NCBI GenBank assembly: GCA_040954595.2
Contig: CM082586.2
Location: forward strand, 4,946,509-5,010,508
Reading direction: 5' to 3'
Length of the DNA: 64,000 bases
From: Balanoglossus misakiensis
Lineage: Eukaryota; Animalia; Hemichordata
This document shows, in pieces, positions 26,601 through 39,071 of this stretch. The position numbers and the translations under genes are program-made. How positions within the stretch are numbered: position 1 is the first letter of the stretch; every line of letters begins with the position of its first letter. Under the pieces are notes generated by a model. The model did not search any database and was not told the origin of the DNA. It saw only the letters and a program-made list of their open reading frames with translations.

Positions 26601-27022
26601 GGGTGCTGCTCACATTTGCGTCTTTCTTCGTCTTTGAGTTCTATTTCACAGCATCGTTCCTAATCTGGTAAGTGGAGCCTTCAGGCATCATGTGCTGTTT
26701 GTTAGGTGGTGCACAAAATATTGATCTGTTTCTATGCAGCTGTCATGTGATTGTCATGAATATGGGATTAGGTGTGGGTTGTCGTTTTGGTCAGAATTTT
26801 GACTGAAATGACCAAAACAGAGTAGCAGACCAATGGGCTATATTCGCATGTTCGACGAGGGACAAGAACAATCTATGTTACTTTTCATTGACTATTTGAC
26901 CATTTATCTCTTTCAGTGTCATGTCCGGTATCTTCAGTGATATTGCTTACGTCTACACGAGGATTATTGTACACGACGACAAATCAACAGCATGGACCCC
27001 AACTGAGATGGAGAGTGTGTAA
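23664..27022 (+). CDS. TMEM241: TMEM241 (SLC35D4) nucleotide-sugar-transporter family protein, 10 exons, ~310 aa
   Basis: Exons 23664-23729, 24021-24145, 24401-24482, 24591-24694, 24854-24905, 25650-25747, 25961-26031, 26257-26326, 26509-26667 and 26917-27022 are in frame. Motifs NKYVLSVLQFTFPTIFQGWQTLVG, WLPAGVLYVGVIYSGSKALSKLPIPVF, DGYIWMAVH and FPFWFYYRFHTGC match TMEM241. Confidence 0.9.
26398..26465. repeat. 35-bp tandem duplication containing CCAAT
   Basis: ATGTATTTCAACCAATCAGAGAGTCCCATGCAT occurs twice in a TMEM241 intron. Confidence 0.85.
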
Positions 27023-28119
27023 TGTCACCATGACGATATGATACTCAACAAAGTTTAACATACACGTTCAGATTCCAGTGATTGTTGGCAGATTGACTTA
27101 TTGCCGGTCACATTTTGTCACTGGGATATATTTTGTGTAGTATCAGAATAAAACAAATCTTCTTGTGTCAAATTATGAAATTTGGAAAAAGTCGCCTGAA
27201 CTCTTAGTATGTTTTGTTAATTTTTTTAAAAAGCAACCACAACATGTATATTTTCACATTAAATTTATTTTTTAAACAAACTAGATGAATATTGCACCAT
27301 TTCCTGACAATCAACAGGACAGGATTGCTCTGGACGTTTTGAGTGGTTCAATCAATGCGGCGACACAATCACTGCAACATGTAAGATTAAAAAGTACATC
27401 AGTTTGTCTATCATGCAGGCACGCTTGTTTTGTATACACATGTTCCAGGGCCAACAACTTTACTTTTTAGTTTGGTGTTTGAATAAGCATTAATAATCAG
27501 CATGTGTACTTATTTATTTCTTTGATAATAAAGAAAAGAACTAAAAAAAAGAAATGAGTCTCCATTGTAGTCTTTTGACTCTTAAAATTAATCACCTGTG
27601 ATTGGAAACTTGTTTTCACAATTTCAAAGTACAGCAAAAGTGCAGCGAATGTATCTGTTGTATGGAGGAAAGCAGACTGTACGCACAGTGACCTATGGGA
27701 TGATGAATGATAATAAAATAATTATATTTGGCTGCTTGGCAGTGATCTCAACCCCTATGTACCTGCATACACTCCGTCGTCAATTAGTTTCATGTAGTTA
27801 AGGAGTCACAAATGTTCGTATTCAGTTACCTAGAGGGTCAACCTTTTGACCCCGTGTGACCTGTGCTTGGTTCAGTTCAGTGCTGCTCGTCTGTCCGTGG
27901 TGCATATGACATATGGTGATGTATGTGAAGTCTGATTTCTCAGTTAAACGTATTTGCTCATGCAGATATGACGATCTGGGAACATGCCTGATGTGCTATT
28001 AATCTAAGTACAGGGGAAATCGCCGCTGTGATTGAAACACCATCTCTCCATTGAACCTTATTGAAACTGACACTTGTTTGTGTTTATTTCGGCGCACGTC
28101 GCAAAATCTCACAAGGTGT

Positions 28120-29779
28120 ATGCAAGAAATTGGGGACATCATGTCTGCCGTTCGAATTAGACTCAAGGTCTTACCCGTCATTTGTATAATCGGGATCGCG
28201 TTGTACATACTCTTCTTGTGGCTTGCCAAACGTGGCAGCCACGACTCGCTGTCAATGCACAACTACCGTCTGGCGAAAGCACAGGAGATCTCGTCAATAT
28301 TTCACCGCGACGGGATCGGGTACAGAAGCAAAGTTGTCGATGTACCCTATCTTGGTCCAGATGGTAAGTTTAGAGAGTGTTCTATCATAATTAAATGCTA
28401 GTTTTGTAAACACCAAAACAAACGCTGAAAGACGCTCACATGTTGTTGACATGGTTACGATGGTAACGGTACCAATAATCCGTGACTGTAGCAAGGCAAC
28501 CCTGTGACACATGAGAGTGTAGCATTGTGCAGATTCTATTTTTAACAACTAAACAATTTTACATTATTGTCAGGACAATGGCCCATAATGCCATATGCCA
28601 ACAAATAGGCACTCCAGTTATCTGAATGCATTTCATTTTTGTGTAAATTTAATTTCTTGCTCAGACTGGTGTTGTGGCTAATTTTAGAGTATCGAGGTTT
28701 TTCAAAAATAGCAGTACAACAATAATTTACTGGGAGGATATTTTTGAAACAGAGCAGGCCAGCATTTTTGCTACAGAGGAATAAATTAAGCAGCAAATTT
28801 TTAATTTGTATAATTGATTTAGGATGAAAGTAGACATTTGCATCATTTTGATCAAATGCAATGGCTCACTGCTCCCTGGCATATTTCATTTTAGTAGTTC
28901 TTGCAATGTATAATGTTAATGTCAAATTTAAAGGTATACTTGAAGGGTAAAAATATTTGTATTATTTCTTTGTAAGATGTTGCCGTATTTTATAAAGGTC
29001 TTCAGGGATACAATACTTCAAGGTAAGTACATAAAAAATCAAAATTAAATGAAATATTGGTTATTTCAGTACTAAAATTGTACCTGGTTTATTGTTCCAC
29101 TCGTTAAAGTTACAGCTGCCTATTTAAGCATCTCTTGTATGACAGGATTCCAGCTCTGGTGCACAAAGACAATACCTTTGTGGCATTCTGTGAAGCACGC
29201 AAGGACACGTCTGACGATATCGGAAACATGGATATCATCACGCGGAGAGGAACGAGAAGGAAGGGGAAGATTTTCTGGGATAAACCAACAATAGCGGCAA
29301 GCTTTCCAGGGAGAAGGTCAGTTTGGGATGGCTGGAATTTTTCGTGAATATTCAAGTTATCAATTTATGCAATATTGGGGTGGACGCTAATAAAAGTCTA
29401 CAGCTGATGCTGATGAGTGGTCCAGCGGGTGCTGTGTCATTGACAATGACTCGTTCTCTCCACATTTTCAGGGTGATGAATCCAACACCCATTGTTGACA
29501 GGATCAGGAATACGATAGTCCTGGTTTTCATTTCATTCGACGCAAAACACGACCAGCACGAGATCATGCGGAATGGTACCTTGTCTCAAGGCTTGTACTA
29601 CACCAAGGTATTGGTTTGCACTCATGATTGCTACGAATTTTGACAATTGTATCTTCATTCAGTGTATCACTCACAGTTTCTTACTGTGTGCCCGAGACAA
29701 ACAATTTTGATCTCTCATACAAAATATTGCATGGTGACCCCCAATTTTTATGCTCGATTTTAAAAACCCTAATAACATG

Positions 29780-29811
<32 letters not shown>

Positions 29812-31548
29812 CAGAGTTCTGACTACGGTATAACATGGACCAAACCAGGAAACCTGACTTCCCAGATTCTCCAGAAAATGGATCAAACTCCACTGATATT
29901 TGCCACAGGTAACAAATCTAAATCTTAAGATTTAAACAACAAAAATGTATTGCTGGTTGTATCGCTATTTTATAATCTTTTTCAAGAGCAGATTCCATTC
30001 AGGTCTGATTTAAGCTGGGCCTAATAATCACCATGTCTCGCATGATGTTTCACATTGTGTCTTCGTAAATTCCTACATACCCTGTTTGTCTCTTTGCTGC
30101 ATTGTTAAATACAGGGTACATAACTTTGTTTGCATTGTATCATTTCTGATTTGCAGGGCCAGGCCACGGTATACAGCTGAGATCCGGAAGATTGATTGTA
30201 CCAGCAAATCACTTCTACAAAGATTACAGAGGTGAGTGGGGGTTTTTTCCCCCGCACATCGTGACCTTTGACCCGAGAATGGAGTGGGTGATTGTGTAGA
30301 ATATGTCTTCTTGATGGGTATTTACCGACAGCCCCTCTGTGTTATTCATAAAGAAAGTTTTGCCACAAAAATATTTCAGTTGATGGGGTGACGCTTTCCC
30401 CTCTCTCTCCAAAACTCTTTCTTCACCTGATTTCACACTATCTTTATACACTTAGCCTCGTACAAGCAGTGGGGCTGTCTGGACCATTCACTCGTACTGT
30501 ACAGCGACGATGGAGGAGACAGTTGGCACAAGGGTGGCGCAGTACCTCTCCAGACCGACAGCGAGGGCAATTACATTCTGACTAATGAAAACCAGGTAAA
30601 ACGTGTCATGTTTTCATTGAGTTTTCTTAGTTTTTTTTTGTGATAATGAACTCCACTCTCTCTCTTTACAAACATGAAACATGACCATTTCGTATGTTAT
30701 TGTAACAATGTGTTTCTTCGTTCTGCCGTTACTAGGCTGTCGAATTGGAAGATAATGTGGTATGCTTGAACAGTCGCACGCTGAGCTCCTACCACACACG
30801 TGCCGTGTCGTGCAGCAGGGATGGAGGGCTCACTTTCGAACCGCCGCGCCTGGCAGACGGACTGATAGAGCCGGGATTCAAGTATAAGACTGGGCTGATA
30901 GAATCGGGAAATTTCTCCGGGTGCCAGGTTGGTCCATAATGAAAGTTGTTTTTGCGGTTTCATAAAAGGACTGTTGTGCGACAGTCTTCGACTTTTTTAT
31001 TTGTACCTACTGTGTGCATAATGTTTTGCTTGCATCACAGTCCTTCTATCACACTGAAGTTGTGTGTGACACATGGATCAGTTTCGTCCCATCTGCCCCA
31101 TCACCAACCAAAGCAAATTTTTAAAACTAATTTTATAATGCAATATAGTTGTCCAGAACTATAAACTTTGAATTTTGGTGTTTGAATTGTTTTTTTCTTT
31201 TTCTTTTGTGTCTAGGCAAGTATGATAGCCTTTCCTGCACCAGGCACCGTTTTCAGCGCCAACATATCCAAGACGCCGTGGGTTCTATTCTCCAACCCGG
31301 CCGACGTAGCCGAGAGAAAGGACACCTCCATTCGCATCAGCATGGACGGACTCCGAACATGGAGTGCGCCGTGGACCATCAACCATGGAGCTGGCGCGTA
31401 CTCCGATCTGACCTCCTTCGAGGTTGTGGAGGGATCTAAGAAGGTCCAGAAGTTTGGAATCTTGTACGAGAGGGGTCACCGCGACGCCTACCAAGCCATA
31501 GCATTCAGGACATTCTCCCTGGAGGACCTAATGCTCGGGATCCGCTAA
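28120..31548 (+). CDS. Sialidase/neuraminidase (GH33, NEU-like) with an N-terminal signal-anchor
   Basis: Approximate exons 28120-28363, 28977-29022, 29146-29317, 29472-29607, 29816-29908, 30157-30231, 30456-30595, 30737-30927 and 31216-31548. RIP motif (NTSRIPAL), FCEAR, MNPTPIVD, FATGPGHGIQLRSGRLIVP, Asp-boxes SDYGITW, SDDGGDSW, SRDGGLTF and SMDGLRTW, plus NENQ, LNSR, GAYSDL and LYERG. Start could be 28120 or 28141. Confidence 0.9.
29780..29805. repeat. Poly-C homopolymer (~26 nt)
   Basis: Run of C just before a sialidase splice acceptor. Confidence 0.85.
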
Positions 31549-32680
31549 TCCGTGTCAAAGGTCAAGATGTCAAAGGTCAAGTTCTTTCTTTCAAGGGGAG
31601 TGCAGTCATCATAGCAAAATGCATGGTGAATTTTATAATGGGATGCAAAGGTCAAAGCTCACCAGAGGTCAAGAGTCGAACTTGAAATAGCTTGAAGTAT
31701 TCAAGTGAAATGAGAGAGTGAGTTTTACACAAAATGACAGCGACCAAAGTTTTAAGTTTTTGGGATAAGTCTGGTGACAGGTTTAAGTTTCATTATTTTT
31801 ATATCACTTCTGTGGATAGATCCCTTTTGTGGTTTGTCAACTTTGCGAACGGAACTATCAAGATTTCACAGAGATACACTCGTATTTAAATATTATTGAA
31901 GCTTTTTAGAACAGTTCTGGTGACTGGTCGTCATTATTATTATATCACTTCTGTACACAGAGCATTCCTTGTCGAGATTTTGTCAGCTTGCCATGATGTG
32001 CAGTGTAACAGTTACTTTTGGCAGCAATAGTATATGAAATGCCTTTACACTTCTACTAATGGCCAACATTCCTAGACAGTCAAAGCAGTTGCTTAGTGCA
32101 GTGCTGCTACTCAGCAAAACCAAAATTTTTTTAAAATAAATTTTTACCCGTAGATGAAGCACTATGGTATTCCAGTACTATTTTACATACATATCATAAG
32201 CTATAGGGAACACTTTTGCCAAGATGTTAAACATTGAAATTTCATTATTGTTAAGATTTTAATTGCTCGTATTGATACAATAGTAACTGCATTTTGTCTG
32301 GGAGACTGCAGCAAAGTTATTATGAAGCATTTGTCTTTTTTTGACTTCCTAACCCTTGTTTTAAAGTTGAATAAATCTGTTCAAAAAAATTGATTAAAGT
32401 GTAGAAAGTGTGATGTGTTGTATGCAGGAACTCATAATTGAGAGCCACTATGTCACCCACTGGCATTGTTTTCATGTCAGCTGCTTTCAGATGAGGCCAT
32501 GTTTTAAAGAGAACCCTCTTTACAAAAAAGGCGTACACAGGTAAATACAGTCAGCACAGAGCTTATTTGCCTGTATTATCACAGTTACATCATTGTTTCC
32601 CTGTATGTGTTTGACTTTGCTGTAAATACGGGCAAAAATAGTTTTCACACAGCGTGATGTGTGCTTCAACGCAACACAAA

Positions 32681-35600
32681 TCATTCTTGCACAGTTTGTT
32701 CATCACTTTTCTCATGAATCTCATTTTTGTGGCTCTCAAGCAAACGTCTCCTTGAAAACTTCTTGTGGCATATTTCACAAGTTTTATCATCACAGTCATG
32801 AACACTTATTTTGTGCTCCTTCAGGTTTTTCCTTGTAGCAAACAGAATGTTGCATAGTCTACAGGTTTGAGCAGCTTTCTTCTCGTGTGCCTTCACGTGT
32901 CTCATTAGTGTCTGCTTCATGCCAAAGCCCTTCCCACAATGCTCGCATCTGTAGCCGTCGTACTTGTTATGGATTTCCTGATGTTCCCGGAGCAAGGCCA
33001 GAGATGTGAACGGGCGTTTGCATTCTTTGCACAGCCATTTCTTGGCTTTTGTACGTGATTTTCGGGGTCTGTTTCCTGAATCATCGCTGGGGGCACCTTT
33101 TTCAGACCCTTTGGTGGCAGTTCGCGCCGCCTCCCGTCGAATATGCGTTTCCTTCTTGTGAAGCCGCATGCTCCTAACAGCTGCGAAGATTTTCCCGCAA
33201 ATAGGACACCTGCATTTTTCCAGTTCATCCCTCTCGCTGTTCGATAATCCAGCGCCTTCGTGCGACATCAGTTTGTGTTTTTGCATTTCCTTCGAGTTCT
33301 GGCACTCTTTGCCACATAACTCGCACAGCATTGCACGATCATCAACCTTCTCATGAACTACTTTTTTGTGCTCTCGAAGCCAGCAGGGAGAAGCAAGCTT
33401 TTTGTTGCATATATCACACGTTCGGCCATCATCTTTATGAACTGCAAGGTTATGCTTCCTCAGCTTCTGTCGACTCCCCAACACGATGTTGCATTGTTCA
33501 CAGGTGCTAGAAGGCTTATTGTCGCTGTGATGTTTTCCTATGTGAAGAGTTAGCGAGTGTTTCATGCAGAAACCCTTTCCGCACTTCTCACAGTTGTACA
33601 ACACTTTAGTGTGAGTTTTTTCCTGATGTTCGTAGACGAGAGACAGAGATGGAAATGGCTCTTTGCATTCAAGACAGCTCCACGTCTTGCCTGCTGGCTT
33701 TTCTTCTTCTTGGTCTTTGCTTGAATCATTCTTGGAAACATCTTTTTCACTTCCTTTGGTGGCAGTTCTGGCAGCTTCCCGGCGAATATGAGTTCCCTTC
33801 ATATGGATTTGCACACTCTGAACAGTGGTAAAGATTTTCCCACAAATAGGACACCTACGTTTTTCCAGTTCTTCCCTCTCGCTGTTCGACAATCCAGCGC
33901 CTTCATGCGATATCAGTCTGTGTCTCTGCATGTCTCTCAAGTTATAGCACTGTTTGCCACACAAGTCACACAACATAGCACGGTCACCAGCATTCTCATG
34001 AACTATCCTTTTATGCTGTCGAAGGCACCTGGTAGAAGCCAGCCTCTTGTTGCATATATCACAAGTTTGACCGTCATCTTTATGAACTGCAAGGTTATGC
34101 TGCTCCAGCTTCCGTCGGGTACCAAACACGATATTGCATTTCTTACAGGTTTTGGAAGGCTTATTGTACGTATGATGTTTTCTTAAATGAATTGCAAGTG
34201 AATTTTTCATGCGAAAACCTGCTCCACACTTCTCACAGTTGTACATCACTTTAGTGTGTATTCTATCCTGATGTTCATGGACAAGAGACAGAGATGTAAA
34301 TGGCTCTTTGCATTCAAGACAGCTCCATGTCTTGCCTTCGTTCTTTTCTTCTTCTTGGTCTTTACTTGAATCATTCTTGGAAACATCTTTTTCGCTTTGT
34401 TTGGTTGCAGTTCTGGCAGCTTCCCGTCGAATATGCGTTTCCTTTTTGTGGAGCCGCATGCTCCTAACAGCAGAGAAGATTTTCCCGCAAATAGGACACC
34501 TGCATCTTTCCAGTTCTTCCCTCTCGCCGTTCGACAATCCAGCGCCTTCGTGTGATATCAGTTTGTGTTTCTGCAGGCCTTTCAGGTTACGGCACTCTCT
34601 GCCACATAACTCACATAACATAGCATGCTTACCAACCTTCTCATGAACTGCATTTCTGTGCTCTCGAAGACGATAGGCAGAAGCAAACTTTTTGTTGCAT
34701 ATATCGCACGTTCGACCATCATTGTTATGGACTGCAATGTTATGCTGTGTCAGCTTTCGTTGACTAACAAACTCGATATAGCATTTTTCACAGGTTCTAG
34801 GAAGCTTATGTTTTCCCATGTGAAGAGTCAGTGTGTGTTTCATGCGAAAACCTTTTCCGCATTTCTCACAGTTGTACAAGACTTTAGTGTGAATTTTATC
34901 CTGATGTTCATGGACAAGTGACAGAGATGTAAATGGCTCTTTGCATTCAAGACAGCTCCACGTCTTGCCTTCTTTCTTTTCTTCTCCTTGGTCTTTACCT
35001 GAATCATTCTTGGAAACATCTTTTTCGCTCCGTTTGGTTGCAGTCCTCGCGGCGTCCCGTCGAACATGAGTTCCCTTCATGTGGATTTGCACACTGTGGG
35101 TGGCAGAAAAGATTTTCCCACAAACAGGACACCGACATTTTTCCAGTCTTTCCCTCTCGCTCTTCGACAATCCAACCCCGTCATGTGATAACAGTTTGTG
35201 TTTCTGCAAGTCTCTGAAGTTACGGCACTCTTGGCCACACAAGTCGCACGCCATCGGAAGACCACCAACCGTCTCATGGACCCTTCTTTTGTGCCACCGA
35301 AGGCAATAGGCAGAAGCCAGCCTTTTGTTACATATATCACAAGTCAGAACATCATCTTTATGAACTGCAAGGTTATGGTGCTTCAGCTTTCGTCGAGTAC
35401 CAAACACGATATTGCATTTCTTACAGGTTCTATGATTCGTATTGTGATGTTTTTCGAAGTGAAGTGTTAGTGTGTGTTTCATTCGGAAACCTTTTCCACA
35501 CTTCTCACAGTTGTACAACACTTTAGAGTGAATTTTTCCCTGATGTTCATGGACAAGAGACAGAGATGGAAATGGTTCTTCGCATTCAAGACAGCTCCAC

Positions 35601-37162
35601 GTTTTGCCGGAATCATTCTTGGAATGAAGTTTTCCACTTCTGGCAATGTCACGTCGTCTGTGGGTTCCCGTCTTGTGAACCCTCATACTCGCAATGCTGG
35701 CAAAGATTTTGCCACAGATGGGACATCTACATTTCTCAAGTAATTCCCTCTCTCTCTTCAACAATCCAACGCCATCATGAGACTCCACTTTGTGTCTGTA
35801 CATATACACTTGGTTCAAACATTCTTTGCCACATACATCACAGTGCACAGTGTTTCTTTTTTCGTGGGCAATCTTACAGTGAAGAGTCAAGCTTCTGTGA
35901 CTGGCAAATTCTCTGCCACAAGTAGGACACCGATATTTCTCCAGTTTTTCTCTCTCACTGCTCGATTGAAGACTTCCTGCAGCGGAGAACTTCTGGTGAT
36001 GGCTATCTTTGTGTTTACGAAGCAAAGCCAAAGATTTAAACTCTTTTCTGCATTCTAGACAACGCCATTTCTTGAGTTCTCTCAGTGCTCTGCCTGCGGT
36101 TGCAGCCTTTCCACATTGAAAGTGAGTTCTCCTCTGGTGGTACTTCATATGAAGGACGGAAGAGAAGACTTTGTCACAAATGTCACATTTGCATTTCTCA
36201 AGTTTTTCCCTCTCACTTCTAAGCAACCCAAAACCTTCATGCGATTCCAGTTTGTGCCTTTGAAGATTGGACAGGTTCTGAAATTGCTTGCTGCATGAGT
36301 CACAGTGCAGAGTTTGTGGAACAGTTTTCTCGTGAACATCCCGTTTGTGCCATCTGAGATTTCTTGGACTAGCAAAATCTTCATGGCATATTGTGCACAT
36401 GTGAAGAGCATTTTTTGAAAATGCTTCGATATTCGTCCCACTCTCGAGGTGTGGCTCAGCTTCCTTCAGATGAACAGGAACTACAACCGTGTCTGATTTT
36501 GCCTGCTCCGAAGCACTCTCGACTATTAGTGTACTAACTGAAGTCTCACTGATATTATCTGTACTTGCATGCATTTCCTGATCAGCATCATCCCCGTTCC
36601 AAGAAACACCTTCTCCTCCAACTTGCTCAGTTCGCAGAGACTGCTCAAGTCCAGTGATGTCATGATCCTCACGTTCTCCATCTTCTGGTACCCTCGCACC
36701 AATATCGACTTGATTCACCGTTTCTTCATCTACCCCGTCACTTTCTGCTCCTGTTGAGACCCAATGCTCAAAGCTGGTATCTGAGAATTCTTCCTCATCT
36801 TTGATCAAGGCACCCATGACAACATTGTGAGTACCCTGGCTGACCACTTTCTCAGTTTCCTCTTCGTTATCTTGGTCTCTATCATTCACCTCTTGTGAGT
36901 CTGGTTCAACTTTGACCTTTGTGACAGGCTCAACTTTGACCTTTGTGATTGGCCACCCCGATAAATCTGCAGGAACATCAGTATTGTCTCTTAGTAGACT
37001 TTCTGCATCCTCTGTTACTCGATCAATAGTGACACTACTACTTGAATCCTCAAACACTTCTTGCTTCACGTCATGTTTACTGAAACTGTTTGTGATAATG
37101 TTAGCAAGTTCCTCAGCTGTTAAAGTTGTGTTGGGTGATTGGGTTCCTAAGATGCCAACATT

Positions 37163-37193
<31 letters not shown>

Positions 37194-37642
37194 CCACACA
37201 CACAAGCTACATCAATCTCAGTACCATTGTCATCAAAGGATTCAGCAGTATGTGATTTGATATTATCCAACCGAACAATGCCAGAATTCTGTTGTGTTCC
37301 TTTGAACTTCTCACATAGTTCGTCAAGCAAAGTGATTTTGAATGCTTGGGCAGCCTTATGTAGATGATCAATATCATCTTTCCCAATGGCAATACTTCCT
37401 GAGTAGACAAAGCTGATGATCTTTTCCATTACACCGGGGCTGAGCTCGCTGAAGTCCTTGAGACTTGATTCAGCAGTAGCTGGGTTGGAAAATAGTGGAC
37501 TGCAAGTTGCCATCATCAGCAGGTGGTACGGAAACCCTCTGTTGTTTGGGCCCACCATGATATCAGTTAAAATTTGTTGAGTTCTCAGCCGATCAAGTTT
37601 TTTCAGAACCAGCATTGGATAATCATTCAGTCTGTACTCCAT
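32681..37642 (-). CDS. BTB/POZ plus multi-C2H2 zinc-finger protein (ZBTB-like), copy 1, 1653 aa, single coding exon
   Basis: N-terminal BTB-like LKKLDRLRTQQILTDIMV...FPYHLLMMATCSPLF...MEKIISFVYSGSI...LHKAAQAFKITLLDELC, an acidic linker, then more than 30 CxxC...HxxxH/HxxxxH fingers in repeated ~210-aa modules. Confidence 0.92.
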
Positions 37643-37936
37643 GGTTGCACTTCAAAGCACACAAAATGCACAGAGCCTAAAAATGGTAGGTTTTTGATGA
37701 TTCTAGTCTGGAAACTTGCTCCTGTTGCCCAAGCTTCAAATCACAAGTAGACCAATTGTTGGTGTGTACTTTTCTTCAGGGATACACTGGGTGTGTGCTT
37801 TTCTTCAGGAATAGACTACCTCAAAACCTATGCAAGAACATATGGGCAATAATTAGTCAAGACATAATTCATAAATGTATACCATACAAACAGGGAATCC
37901 CTGCAATGCCCATGAGTTGTTATAGAGCAAGAATGT

Positions 37937-38215
37937 ACGTCCGGGGAGTAAGCGTATGCGTTTATGTGTTCTAAATAATTAATTTAGCTTACAATGTTTC
38001 TTTGCTGGAATTAATTTGACCTAGAATAGAATTAATTTTGCTCAAAATTAATTCTGCATAACTACTCAAAAGTAAATAAAGCACATAAACATTAATTCAA
38101 AGAAACGTAGAATTAATTCTAGATGTTTAATAGTAAAATTAATTCTAGTCTACATAATTTAATTCTAACACGTTTAATTAATAAACTACAATTTTGACCA
38201 GAACGGGTCCCATAG
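37937..38215. mobile_element. AT-rich insertion with repeated AATTAATT motifs, probable non-autonomous transposon fragment
   Basis: Begins where similarity to the copy-2 upstream region stops (AGAATGT, ~37936); 8-9 AATTAATT-like units; ends ACGGGTCCCATAG. Confidence 0.4.
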
Positions 38216-38507
38216 TAAATGTATTGATGTAAATTCTGCCAATTTCTCCTTTTTTTGTAAAATTAGTCTGAGTTATACATGACAAAAATAGGGGTTTCCC
38301 GAAAAACTGAAAAATCTTCCTGGGGTCACGAAGCTGAGGATGAGGTTGAGGCTGAATATGAGGATGAGGCCAACTTCATGGACGTAAGTTGCACATCATT
38401 TGATCGACTGACTCTATCGTGGGGCAGACGAAAACGGGTCTAGAGAAATGTCCATGATTGCATTTGCAAGTTTAATACCATGTGATAGAAAAGGGGAACG
38501 ACAGTAT

Positions 38508-38740
38508 CTTACCTTTCTAAGATTAGCACCACAAGCTAAAGTATAATCCGAGTATCAAGCAAGAGAAGTAGACGCTATCACTGTCACATTGACTTCGTCC
38601 AGTGACACAAGCTTGACCTTTAACCCGCCTCGCTTTCATCGGGTGTGCCACCAACGGCGACAGACAAAGTTACTTTGTCTAATACAAGTGAGACGCAGCC
38701 TATCTTTTTCTGGTTTCTTTATGTCGCCATGGCAATCTTC
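38508..38740 (-). promoter_or_regulatory. Noncoding first exon/promoter of BTB-ZF copy 1
   Basis: Minus-strand donor AG|GTAAG at ~38512; block homologous to 44411-44581; X-box/YY1-like GTCGCCATGGCAAT at 38723. Confidence 0.55.
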
Positions 38741-39071
38741 TGAGTGGAAGCTTCCGAAAGGGGAGAAGAGGAGAGGGGAGAAAGCCATTTGTCAACTTCG
38801 ACCACACACACAAATAAAGAAGAACAACGATTATTTTACAAATCAAATCTCAACAAATTTATTTGAACAAATGCAACAAAAAGAGCAAAATTAACAACTG
38901 CAAAATGTTCTTTCAGTGTCCTTTTTCACGATAGTAATAATACTGCTCATTAAAAACGTAGAAAACTGTCTTGGAGTTTATGCAGTGATCATGTCATTCA
39001 CAAGGTCATACCATAGACTGACACACTGTCTGATGGGACTTTGACTAATAGGGCGCTCCAACACCAATCAA

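Noticed and set aside
29116-29145. Sialidase motif read as YDRIP from the ORF track
   Set aside because: Splicing exon 28977-29022 to the acceptor at 29146 gives the better-fitting GYNTSRIP; the upstream part is probably intronic (an in-frame alternative acceptor at 29116 cannot be excluded).
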